A stretch of 64,000 nt of DNA from an uncultured Mucilaginibacter sp. (GCA_903864275.1 CAIPFE010000035.1:24874-88873); one strand, 5' to 3'; numbered from the stretch's first letter, positions 51,620-60,595 are shown. A program made the numbers and translations. Notes: generated by a model not told the origin, from the letters alone.

Positions 51620-52126
51620 TTATTGTAGTATCAATAATGTCACGCCGCCGCCACCATCCGCCGGCAGATCAAAAAATACGCAATAGTGCACGGTGCCGCC
51701 GCGATCATTCATATCAAAATAATACGCCTGGATGCCGCCATCCATCGCTTTGTGCCGGGCATTGGGGTATGCTGCTAAAAAATCATCTTTAACTTTTTTG
51801 GCATAGTCGCCATTGTCCGAGAAAAAAATGTCGACGTTTTGATCCTCTTTATCCACGTTATACACTTGCTCCGCGTTGCTGGCCTGGTAGGTGTTTGGGT
51901 CGTCGGGTTTGCTCAAACTGTAGCTCAGGCTCTTTACCGTAGCAATAAAATCACTTTTTGAGGCTTTAAGCAACTTTACAAGGTTAGGCAACACCGGGGT
52001 GATCACCGTTGATCCATTTATAGTCGCAGTTTCCAGCGGGACAATATTCTGCGCACAGGTATAGTATTGGATACCGATGAGGCAGCAAAGTACCGGTATA
52101 ATTTTTTTCATGCGGATACAATACAA
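51620..52126 (-). CDS. Hypothetical secreted protein
   Basis: 168 aa ORF with an N-terminal signal-like segment, 17 nt upstream of the previous gene on the same strand. Confidence 0.65.
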   Translation of the reverse strand: MYCIRMKKIIPVLCCLIGIQYYTCAQNIVPLETATINGSTVITPVLPNLVKLLKASKSDFIATVKSLSYSLSKPDDPNTYQASNAEQVYNVDKEDQNVDIFFSDNGDYAKKVKDDFLAAYPNARHKAMDGGIQAYYFDMNDRGGTVHYCVFFDLPADGGGGVTLLILQ

Positions 52127-52275
52127 CGGTTGATAAATTAATTACCGGTGAATTTACCTCGCAATTTTATACTAAAAAGTAGTATTTTAATGTGATTTGG
52201 AGAGAAGCTTAAAGCAGAAAGGCCAAAGCGAAGGCTATAAATGCTTTGGTCTTTCTGCTTTAAGCTTTCGGCTTC

Positions 52276-55092
52276 CTAACGGCTTAAATACATCGATTTT
52301 TCCTTATACAAATGCCTGAAATAGGGATCCTGGAGATTTGGAATAAACCTGATAGCTTCGCCGGTTGATTTCATTTCGGGGCCAAGCTCTTTGTTTACTT
52401 CGGGGAATTTATCGAATGAGAATACAGGCTCTTTTATGGCATAGCCCCATAATTTGCGTTCGATGGTAAAGTCTTTAAGTTTGGCTACACCCAGCATGCA
52501 TTTGGCAGCAATGTTGATGTATGGCACGTCATAAGCTTTCGCGATGAACGGCACTGTACGCGACGCTCGCGGGTTGGCCTCGATCACATACACTTTATCA
52601 TTTTTAATGGCAAACTGTATATTCAGCAAGCCTAATACATTTAATGCTTTAGCTATCTTAACAGTATATTCTTCCATCTGGGCAATGGCGCTATCCGACA
52701 AGTCAAAAGGCGGCAAAACGGCGAATGAATCGCCGGAGTGGATACCGGCCGGTTCGATATGTTCCATCATACCAATAATGTGCACTTCATCGCCATCGCT
52801 GATGGAATCTGATTCAGCTTCGGCGGCGCGGTCGAGGAAGTGGTCAATCAGTACGCGGTTTCCCGGAAGGTTCTTCAATAAACCAACTACGGCTTTTTCG
52901 AGGTCCTCATCGTTGATGACGATGCTCATGCCCTGGCCGCCCAACACGTAGCTTGGCCGTACCAGTACCGGGTAGCCAACTTCGTGGGCAACCTCAATGG
53001 CTTCTTCCGCGCTTTCGGCTACACCGTAACGCGGGTAGGGAATTTCCAGTTCTTTCAGCAGGTCCGAGAAACGGCCGCGGTCTTCGGCGATGTCCATATC
53101 GTTGAACGAGGTGCCGATGATGCGAATACCATGCTCATGCATTTTTTCGGCCATTTTTAAAGCGGTTTGACCGCCCAGCTGAACGATAACGCCGTAAGGT
53201 TTCTCCAGCTCGATGATCTCGCGCACATGTTCCCAGTAAACCGGTTCAAAATACAGCTTGTCGGCCATGTTAAAATCGGTGGATACCGTTTCGGGGTTGC
53301 AATTGATCATGATGGCTTCAAAACCTGCTTCCTTGGCGGCGATCAGGCCGTGTACACAGCTGTAGTCAAACTCAATTCCCTGACCTATGCGGTTGGGGCC
53401 CGAGCCTAAAACAATTATTTTTTTCTTATCAGATACGATGGATTCATTTTCGCCTTCGTAAGTAGAATAGTAATATGGCGTTTTAGCCGGGAACTCGGCG
53501 GCGCAGGTATCCACCATTTTATAAACCCTGCGGATACCCAGTACCTGCCTGCGCTGGTAAACATCTTCTTCCTTTACATTGCCCAGTATGTAGGCGATCT
53601 GTGTATCCGAAAATCCTTTTTGTTTCAAGTTGAAGAAAAACTCTTCGGGGATATTATTTAACGAATAGCGCCGCAGCTCATTCTCCAGGTTAACCACATC
53701 CATTATCTGGTTTAAAAACCAGCGGTCAATTTTTGTGGCTTTACGTACCGACTCTATCGGCACACCCAAACTTAGGGCATCATAAATATGGAACAGCCTG
53801 TCCCAGCTTGGGTGCTCCAGGCTGTGCATAATATCTTCAAGATTGCGGCTCTGGCGGCCATCGGCGCCCAAACCGGCACGACCAATTTCCAAACTCTGAC
53901 AAGCTTTTTGCAGCGCTTCAATAAAGCTGCGGCCAATGCCCATCACTTCGCCTACCGATTTCATTTGCAGGCCCAACTCGCGGTTGGCGCCTTTAAATTT
54001 GTCAAAGTTCCAGCGTGGTATTTTTACGATCACATAATCCAATGTCGGCTCAAAATAAGCCGAAGTTGTTTTGGTGATCTGGTTTTCAATTTCATCAAGG
54101 TTATAACCAATGGCCAGCTTGGCTGCTATTTTTGCAATAGGATATCCCGTTGCTTTCGACGCGAGAGCCGACGACCGCGATACACGCGGGTTGATCTCTA
54201 TCGCGATAAGCGCCTCATCAGCGGGATTTACCGAAAACTGCACATTACAGCCACCCGCAAAATTTCCGATGGCACGCATCATTTTTATGGCCTGGTTGCG
54301 CATCTCCTGGTAACAGCGGTCGCTCAGTGTCATGGCCGGGGCAACGGTGATCGAGTCGCCGGTGTGGATACCCATCGGGTCGAAGTTTTCGATGGAGCAG
54401 ATGATGATCACGTTGTCGTTGCTATCGCGCAGCAGTTCCAGCTCAAATTCCTTCCAGCCTAAAACCGCCTGCTCTACCAAAACCTCGTGAGTTGGCGAGG
54501 CCTGTAAACCACGACTTAAAGCCGCATCAAAATCTTCTTTTTTATGTACAAAGCCGGCGCCTTTACCACCCAGCGTATAGCTTGGGCGTATCACCAGCGG
54601 GAAGCCGATAATTTGTGCCGCTTCTTTTCCTTCTAAAAACGAGTTGGCAATTTTCGAGGTGGCCACGCCTACACCGATATCCACCATCAGCTGGCGGAAG
54701 GCTTCGCGGTTTTCGGTTTTTTCTATCGCAGCCAAATCAACCCCGACTATCTTTACCCCATATTTTTCCCAAATGCCACGCTCGGCAACCTCGATACAAA
54801 GGTTAAGCGCCGTTTGGCCGCCCATGGTTGGCAATACCGCGTCAATTTTTTGCTCTTTCAGTATCTTTTCAATGCTGTCGCTGGTTAGGGGGAGCAGGTA
54901 AATATGGTCGGCAATAACCTTATCCGTCATGATGGTAGCAGGGTTGCTGTTGATGATGGAGACTGAAATGCCTTCCTCTTTTAAAGAAAGTGCGGCTTGC
55001 GAACCGGCATAATCAAATTCGCAGGCCTGGCCTATAATAATAGGGCCTGAACCAATAATTAAAACGGATTTAATGGAGGTGTCTTTGGGCAT
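52276..55092 (-). CDS. carB: Carbamoyl-phosphate synthase large subunit (short form without the C-terminal MGS-like domain)
   Basis: IGSGPIIIGQACEFDYAG, two ATP-grasp halves, LGSGPNRIGQGIEFDY, ELGPEMKSTGE; 938 aa. TATCTTTG box at 55189-55196. Confidence 0.97.
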   Translation of the reverse strand: MPKDTSIKSVLIIGSGPIIIGQACEFDYAGSQAALSLKEEGISVSIINSNPATIMTDKVIADHIYLLPLTSDSIEKILKEQKIDAVLPTMGGQTALNLCIEVAERGIWEKYGVKIVGVDLAAIEKTENREAFRQLMVDIGVGVATSKIANSFLEGKEAAQIIGFPLVIRPSYTLGGKGAGFVHKKEDFDAALSRGLQASPTHEVLVEQAVLGWKEFELELLRDSNDNVIIICSIENFDPMGIHTGDSITVAPAMTLSDRCYQEMRNQAIKMMRAIGNFAGGCNVQFSVNPADEALIAIEINPRVSRSSALASKATGYPIAKIAAKLAIGYNLDEIENQITKTTSAYFEPTLDYVIVKIPRWNFDKFKGANRELGLQMKSVGEVMGIGRSFIEALQKACQSLEIGRAGLGADGRQSRNLEDIMHSLEHPSWDRLFHIYDALSLGVPIESVRKATKIDRWFLNQIMDVVNLENELRRYSLNNIPEEFFFNLKQKGFSDTQIAYILGNVKEEDVYQRRQVLGIRRVYKMVDTCAAEFPAKTPYYYSTYEGENESIVSDKKKIIVLGSGPNRIGQGIEFDYSCVHGLIAAKEAGFEAIMINCNPETVSTDFNMADKLYFEPVYWEHVREIIELEKPYGVIVQLGGQTALKMAEKMHEHGIRIIGTSFNDMDIAEDRGRFSDLLKELEIPYPRYGVAESAEEAIEVAHEVGYPVLVRPSYVLGGQGMSIVINDEDLEKAVVGLLKNLPGNRVLIDHFLDRAAEAESDSISDGDEVHIIGMMEHIEPAGIHSGDSFAVLPPFDLSDSAIAQMEEYTVKIAKALNVLGLLNIQFAIKNDKVYVIEANPRASRTVPFIAKAYDVPYINIAAKCMLGVAKLKDFTIERKLWGYAIKEPVFSFDKFPEVNKELGPEMKSTGEAIRFIPNLQDPYFRHLYKEKSMYLSR

Positions 55093-55490
55093 GGGCTTTT
55101 TTTATTCAAGGAAAGCTGCCTTCTGCGGAAATGCCGGCTCAAATATTCCGAAATTGTTTCCGCAATCCGGTATCTTCTTGTCGGGGTGCAAAGATACATT
55201 TTGAAAGGGGAATTGGCGTATTTTTTTTGAGAAAATGGTGGGGGTGGAGTTGATGGTTCATAGTCTGAACCGGGATTCAACAGATTTTACTGATTCATCG
55301 GATTTTTATTATTAGTTATGGGACTTTTTTCTTAAAAATCTGCTGAATCTACTGAATCCGGGTTAAGGTAATTATCGGACGGACAGAAAAATCCAAATAT
55401 TTTTTTACAACACTTCAAACTTTAAACAGGATTTAACATTAATTTTATTTTCGTATCTTACGATATTGAAACAGAGGAGGGCTAACTACC

Positions 55491-56021
55491 ATGAAAAGGA
55501 AGGTTTTATTTATTTCGCTTGGCCTGGCATTGGTTCTGGGCAGCTGCGCCATGATGCAATCCATCGTAAAATCCACCTTCCCGTACACCACCACGCTAAC
55601 TATCCCGAAATCGTCGCAGGTTGGCGTTGAGCTATCTGTTACGGGCGTTGCCACCAGTTTCGACCAGGATTTTAAAAAGGATGGCAATAATGCCGAAAAA
55701 GTGAGCGAGGTTAGGATAGTATCCGCCCGTATTGAATCGCGCGACCCTTCGGATTTTAATATCGGGAACCTGGTTTGGGCCAAAGTTTACATGTCAAAAG
55801 CCGATAGTACTGATGAAGTATTGGTAGCTTCGCGCACCGACATAACCCCCGGCGTTGGCAACAGCATGGTATTGGACATTGATAACCGGAACTTTTTAGA
55901 CCAGCAGGTGCGCGAACCACAAGTAAGGATACGCATGGCCTATCAACTGCGCAACCATATTAATACTGATGCCAACCTGCATATTGTGCTGGGATTGGGG
56001 GCGTTCCCGAACAATAATTAA
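55491..56021 (+). CDS. Hypothetical lipoprotein
   Basis: MKRK plus hydrophobic stretch plus lipobox LGSC. Confidence 0.75.
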   Translation: MKRKVLFISLGLALVLGSCAMMQSIVKSTFPYTTTLTIPKSSQVGVELSVTGVATSFDQDFKKDGNNAEKVSEVRIVSARIESRDPSDFNIGNLVWAKVYMSKADSTDEVLVASRTDITPGVGNSMVLDIDNRNFLDQQVREPQVRIRMAYQLRNHINTDANLHIVLGLGAFPNNN

Positions 56022-56992
56022 TTTCCGGTTAAAGCAAAATTTATTGGAACGTCATAAACTACTCTAACGTTCCGGCCGAACTGTGTCCCTGGTATCCAAC
56101 GCGGGGAGTCTTTTATTACCCTCACAGCCTCAGCGTCGATACTGGAGCTAACAGTTTTACTCACTTTTACGTCACTAACTTTACCATCTTTTTCTACAAC
56201 AAAAGAAACCACAACTTTGCCTTGGATACTATATTCACGTGCATCAATAGGGTATTGAATAGCCGATCCAAGATATTTCCCAAACTCCTCCAAACCGCCT
56301 TTAAACTGCGGCGGCGTTCCGCGCGTTTTCGTATAAGCCGCTGTTTTACCATCTTCGAAAGTCGCTAAACCGCTTATTAGCTCGCCATCTTTGTAATTTT
56401 CAGAAAACATAATTTTAAGGTCTTTATAATTACCTTTCCAAGCACTATCCCTTTTGCCATTTTCTACCTTGCCTTCCTCATTGATATAGGTAAATTTATC
56501 ATCGTAGCCCTTAAAATATCCATTATCATTCTCAACCAGCGCGGTTCCCAATGAGTCATAGTTGGCTTTTATTAAAAAATTATTTGTGAAATCATTATAC
56601 CGGTCACTATTATCCGGATATTCCTTTATTGTATAAAGTTTTCCGTTTGGATAAAAGAAATACTCAAGTCCTACCTCAATCCCATTTTTATAATTAGCGG
56701 TAATTTGTCTTTTGCCATTATGGTAAAACCTGGCGTACTGCCCGTCAAACACAGGTGGATCAATCGATAATGATTTGCCTATAAGCTTTTTTTTACCATC
56801 AATATAAAATTCAGCTATATTATATAAAACAGAACCCGAATCGGGCTCGCTTACTACCCTCATATAATCGGCGCTATCTTGGAGGGTCACATATCGCCCG
56901 TCATTTTTTAAAAAATAAACATTCCTTTTCGGCTTTTGGGCAAAGCCGGCGGTTGCAATAAAGAGTGTAACAGTTGTGAGTAGCAGTTTCAT
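56018..56992 (-). CDS. TonB C-terminal domain protein with MORN-like repeats
   Basis: FYHNGK/FYPNGK repeats; PPQFKGG, IQYPIDAREYSIQGKVVVSFVVEKDG, DAEAVRVI, WIPG. Confidence 0.88.
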   Translation of the reverse strand: MKLLLTTVTLFIATAGFAQKPKRNVYFLKNDGRYVTLQDSADYMRVVSEPDSGSVLYNIAEFYIDGKKKLIGKSLSIDPPVFDGQYARFYHNGKRQITANYKNGIEVGLEYFFYPNGKLYTIKEYPDNSDRYNDFTNNFLIKANYDSLGTALVENDNGYFKGYDDKFTYINEEGKVENGKRDSAWKGNYKDLKIMFSENYKDGELISGLATFEDGKTAAYTKTRGTPPQFKGGLEEFGKYLGSAIQYPIDAREYSIQGKVVVSFVVEKDGKVSDVKVSKTVSSSIDAEAVRVIKDSPRWIPGTQFGRNVRVVYDVPINFALTGN

Positions 56993-57019
56993 TGAGAAAA
57001 GTTCAGGATAGCCAATTAA

Positions 57020-57370
57020 TTATACTATCAATTTATTATCCCCATCCGGGAAAACCAAAATGGGCTGGTATTTGCGCGCTTCGTCCATTTCCATATAGGC
57101 GAAGGACATAATGATCACAATATCGCCTACCTGTGCCATCCTTGCAGCGGCGCCGTTCAGGCAAATGGTGCCGGTACCGCGTTCGCCTTTTATAATATAA
57201 GTTTCAAACCGGGCGCCATTGTTGTTATTTACGATCTGCACTTTTTCGTTGGCGATCATATTCGCCGCATCCATCAGGTCCTCGTCAATGGTAATACTGC
57301 CCACATAATTCAATTCGGCCTGGGTTACCTTAACACGGTGAAGCTTGGATTTTAATAACTCGATGATCAT
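57020..57370 (-). CDS. panD: Aspartate 1-decarboxylase
   Basis: [40 protein letters not shown]. Confidence 0.97.
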   Translation of the reverse strand: MIIELLKSKLHRVKVTQAELNYVGSITIDEDLMDAANMIANEKVQIVNNNNGARFETYIIKGERGTGTICLNGAAARMAQVGDIVIIMSFAYMEMDEARKYQPILVFPDGDNKLIV

Positions 57371-57460
57371 GGGGCAAAGATAGTGATTGGAGGTTAGAGA
57401 TTGAAAAGTGAGTGGTGAATAGTGAGTAGTGAGTCGCTTAAATTAATAAACCAACGATTC

Positions 57461-57523
57461 ACTTACTCACCACTCACTTACTCACCACTCACTTACTCAC
57501 CACTCACTTACTCACCACTCACT
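57461..57523 (+). repeat. Exact 15-bp tandem repeat (ACTTACTCACCACTC) x4 plus 3 nt
   Basis: Read directly. A complementary arm, gtgagtggtgaatagtgagtagtgagt, lies at about 57408-57434. Confidence 0.9.
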
Positions 57524-57531
57524 AAAATAAA

Positions 57532-57564
57532 TTTGCATTTTAAAATTTAAATATCTTATCTTCG
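57532..57564 (+). promoter_or_regulatory. greA promoter: TTTG-N21-TATCTTCG
   Basis: Matches the Bacteroidota -33/-7 spacing, with a variant -7 box. Confidence 0.65.
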
Positions 57565-57626
57565 TTTTACTCAAAACAAGACTATGCAGGTACGCCTTAT
57601 AGTCTTGTTTGTTTTTAATGTCATTG

Positions 57627-57660
57627 CGTCCTTCTTAAAACAGGAGGGCGGTTTTTTTTT
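57627..57660 (+). terminator. Intrinsic terminator inside the greA leader
   Basis: 9-bp stem cgtccttct/aggagggcg, 6-nt loop, followed by G and T9; ends 44 nt before the greA ATG. Confidence 0.75.
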
Positions 57661-57704
57661 GGCAACCAATTGAACTGAATTGTTAACTTATTAATTTGTG
57701 CGTT

Positions 57705-58178
57705 ATGGCAGAGGTAGCATATTATACCAAAGAAGGTTTAGAAAAATTAAAACAGGAATTACATCAATTAAAAACCTCCGGACGCTCCAACATCAGTAAA
57801 GCGATAGCCGAGGCACGCGATAAGGGCGACCTGTCGGAAAATGCCGAATATGATGCCGCAAAAGAGGCGCAGGGCCTGCACGAAGCCAAAATAGCCAAAC
57901 TGGGCGAAATGCTGGCGAATGCACGTTTGCTTGATGAGTCGAAATTAGATACTTCAAAAGTGCTTGCACTATCTATCGTTAAAATAAAAAATGTTAAGAA
58001 TGGCGCTGTTATGAGCTACCAGCTGGTATCGGAAAATGAAGCCGACCTTAAACAAGGTAAAATATCAGTAAGCTCGCCCATTGCGAAAGGCTTATTCGGC
58101 AAAAAAGTAGGTGAAACCACCGAGATCACCGTACCTGCCGGCAAAATGGAGTTCGAGATATTGGAGATTAGCAGGTAG
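57705..58178 (+). CDS. greA: Transcription elongation factor GreA
   Basis: YYTKEGLEKLKQEL, EARDKGDLSENAEYDAAKE, ISVSSPIAKGL. Confidence 0.98.
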   Translation: MAEVAYYTKEGLEKLKQELHQLKTSGRSNISKAIAEARDKGDLSENAEYDAAKEAQGLHEAKIAKLGEMLANARLLDESKLDTSKVLALSIVKIKNVKNGAVMSYQLVSENEADLKQGKISVSSPIAKGLFGKKVGETTEITVPAGKMEFEILEISR

Positions 58179-58341
58179 GTGAGATTTCGGATTTCGGATG
58201 TTCGATTTCGGATTTAAAAAGGTATTACTTCAAATTAATAATTTTTGATTTTTTTCGGAAGTATCGTTTATATTTTCAAATAGCCTTAAAGTCTCCCCTA
58301 CCGGGGGAGATTTAGAGGGGGCTTCACTTAATCAACTAACC

Positions 58342-58740
58342 ATGACCATTTTCTCAAAAATAGTTTCGGGCGATATACCCGCATATAAGGTAGCTGAAAC
58401 AAATGATTTCCTGGCTTTTTTAGATATTAACCCGCTGGCCGAGGGGCATGTGCTGGCCATCCCTAAAACTGAAGTTGATTATATTTTCGACCTGGATGAC
58501 GAAACCTACGTCGGCTTGCAGCTATTTGCCAAAATAGTAGCGGCAGGTATCGCAAAAGCGGTTCCCTGTAAAAGGATAGGTGTGGCCGTGATAGGTTTGG
58601 AAGTGCCCCATGCCCATATTCATTTAATACCAATGAACCGGGTAAGCGACCTTGATTTTTCGCGGCCCAAGCTGCAGTTCAGTCCTGAGCAATTGGAAGC
58701 AACGGCTGAGAAGATACGGCAGGAGTTGAAGATAGAATAA
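58342..58740 (+). CDS. HIT family protein
   Basis: TIFSKIVSGDIPAYK, FLDINP, EVPHAHIHLIP. Confidence 0.95.
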   Translation: MTIFSKIVSGDIPAYKVAETNDFLAFLDINPLAEGHVLAIPKTEVDYIFDLDDETYVGLQLFAKIVAAGIAKAVPCKRIGVAVIGLEVPHAHIHLIPMNRVSDLDFSRPKLQFSPEQLEATAEKIRQELKIE

Positions 58741-58895
58741 TGTGCAGATTTCAGATGTGCGAATGTGCAGATGATTTTTGAATGCGCAGATTTAATGGCG
58801 TATGTTCAATTTATGCATCGGCCATCTGCACATCTGAAACCCGCACATCCGCACATTTTTCATCCGCACATCTGCACATCTGAAATCCGCACATT
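58741..58895. repeat. Inverted period-7 repeat arms (TGTGCAGA/TGCGGA versus CCGCACAT/CTGCACAT) between convergent HIT and ruvC
   Basis: tgtgcagatttcagatgtgcgaatgtgcagat ... catctgcacatctgaaacccgcacatccgcacatttttcatccgcacatctgcacatctgaaatccgcacat. Confidence 0.85.
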
Positions 58896-59484
58896 AAACA
58901 ATCCGCTTAGCGTTATCCTTCGCAAAAGTATCCCATCCCGAATATGATTTTTTAGTCCCGCTTTTTCCTGTCGGGATGCGTTGAAAGGAGTGGCACACGG
59001 CTACGGCCAGGCCATCGGTGGCATCTAAAAAATCAGGCGTTTCGGTAAATTTTAAAAGGGTTTGCAGCATGGCGGCAACCTGTTCCTTCGTGGCATTGCC
59101 ATTACCGGTTATGGATTGTTTTATTTTGCGGGGCGCATATTCGGTTATAACCACGTTGCGCGATAATGCCGCCGCCATCGCCACGCCCTGTGCGCGGCCA
59201 AGCTTTAGCATTACCTGTATATTTTTGCCATAAAAAGGGGCCTCAATGGCCAGGCAATCAGGATTGTAGTTGTCGATCAGGGCCACGGTTTTTTCAAATA
59301 TGCGCTGCAGTTTCAGCATGTGGTCGTCGATTTTTTCCATCTTCACCACGCCGAGGCTTATCAATTCCATTTTTGAGCCGACCTCTTTTATCACCCCATA
59401 ACCCATCACCGCCGTACCCGGGTCGATGCCGAGGATGATGCGTTCCTTCTGGTCAGTAGTGAGTAGTGAGTGGGGAGTGGGCAT
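58894..59484 (-). CDS. ruvC: Crossover junction endodeoxyribonuclease RuvC
   Basis: IILGIDPG, AIEAPF, LKLGRAQG, EYAPRKIKQSITGNGNATKEQV, DATDGLAVA. Confidence 0.97.
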   Translation of the reverse strand: MPTPHSLLTTDQKERIILGIDPGTAVMGYGVIKEVGSKMELISLGVVKMEKIDDHMLKLQRIFEKTVALIDNYNPDCLAIEAPFYGKNIQVMLKLGRAQGVAMAAALSRNVVITEYAPRKIKQSITGNGNATKEQVAAMLQTLLKFTETPDFLDATDGLAVAVCHSFQRIPTGKSGTKKSYSGWDTFAKDNAKRIV

Positions 59485-59563
59485 TTGATACTATTCTGAT
59501 ATTCGAAATAAATCTAACGCCAAAGTACGTATTTTAAACTCACCATTCACTACTCACCACTGA

Positions 59564-60196
59564 CTACTCACCACTCACCATCCCCATATATTCTTCCCTG
59601 CTGATCAGCCGGGCGCCCATTGATTCCAGGTGCGGAGTGTGCAGCTGGCAATCTATCAAACTGTATAAACCACTTTGGCATAAATGTACCAATGCAGTTT
59701 TTGATGCATTGCTGACCAGGGCGAACATGCTTTCGCCGCAAAATACGTGGCCAATTTGTACGCCGTATAAACCGCCAACCAAATTATCCTGCTGCCAAAC
59801 TTCGATGGAATGTGCATGCCCTTTTTGATGAAGCCGCAGGTAAGCAGCCTTCATGTCATCTGTTATCCATGTCCCATCCTGCCCTTCCCGAAAAACGGAC
59901 GAACAGGCAGCCATAACTTGATCAAAGCACTGATCTACGGTAACCGTGAATTTGCCGGAACGCAGAACCTGCCGCATGGATTTGGAAATCTTTAATTCAC
60001 CGGGATAAAGCACAAACCTTTCATGCGGCGAATACCACAGAATAGGCGTTTCATCACTGTACCAGGGGAATATGCCGTTTTGATAGGCCAGCAGCAGGCG
60101 CTTAACCGACAGATCGCCGCCGACAGCTAACAGCCCATCGGCTTCGGCCAATGCGGGATCGGGGAATAGTAAACGTTTATCGAGCCTGACGATCAT
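59564..60196 (-). CDS. aat: Leucyl/phenylalanyl-tRNA--protein transferase
   Basis: GLLAVGGDL, AYQNGIFPW, ILWYSP, TWIT, LVGGLYG, FCGESMF, NASK, LIDCQ. Confidence 0.97.
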   Translation of the reverse strand: MIVRLDKRLLFPDPALAEADGLLAVGGDLSVKRLLLAYQNGIFPWYSDETPILWYSPHERFVLYPGELKISKSMRQVLRSGKFTVTVDQCFDQVMAACSSVFREGQDGTWITDDMKAAYLRLHQKGHAHSIEVWQQDNLVGGLYGVQIGHVFCGESMFALVSNASKTALVHLCQSGLYSLIDCQLHTPHLESMGARLISREEYMGMVSGE

Positions 60197-60243
60197 CAGG
60201 GTAAATTTACACCTTCCGCTTTATCACCAGCTTTTTATTTTGG

Positions 60244-60357
60244 GCTAAAGTATTGGAAGCCCGTTACCCTAAATTGTATGATTTTGAAAATCTGGTGGCG
60301 GAGTATAACCCGCATGGAAAGTTTAGGAATGCGTTTTTGGATGGGAATGTTTATGGG
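60244..60357 (+). pseudogene. C-terminal relic of an FAD-linked alditol/aldonolactone oxidase (ALO-domain) gene
   Basis: Manual translation gives AKVLEARYPKLYDFENLVAEYNPHGKFRNAFLDGNVYG, resembling the ALO C-terminal Y-x-L-x-DF...DP-x-GKFRN-x-FL pattern. No start codon or N-terminal part is present. Confidence 0.6.
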
Positions 60358-60370
60358 CGGGTAGGGGGCG

Positions 60371-60595
60371 TTAATGATCAAATAGCTCCTTGAGCGAAAT
60401 ATTTAGTGCTTTAGCTATGGCAGTAGCGGTTATAAGCGTGATATTTACTTCTCCGCGTTCTATATTTCCAACCTGGTTTTTTGATATTTCTGCTTTTAGT
60501 TCTAAGTCTTGCTGTGATAGTTTTTTTGATAATCTTAGTTCTCTAAGATGCCTTCCAAATTTTATTAGAATTTCTTTATCTCTATTATTTATCAC
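60371..60595 (-). CDS. XRE-family helix-turn-helix transcriptional regulator
   Basis: FGRHLRELRLSKKLSQQDLELKAEISKNQVGNIERGEVNITL; 74 aa, GTG start. Confidence 0.93.
   Translation of the reverse strand: MINNRDKEILIKFGRHLRELRLSKKLSQQDLELKAEISKNQVGNIERGEVNITLITATAIAKALNISLKELFDH

Noticed and set aside
53788-54462. 224 aa plus-strand ORF and other long antisense ORFs inside carB, groL and sprA
   Set aside because: These are fully antisense to highly conserved genes and are typical shadow ORFs with no motifs.
57385-57523. Tandem repeats as a possible CRISPR array
   Set aside because: Units are 7-15 bp and directly adjacent, with no unique spacers and no cas genes.
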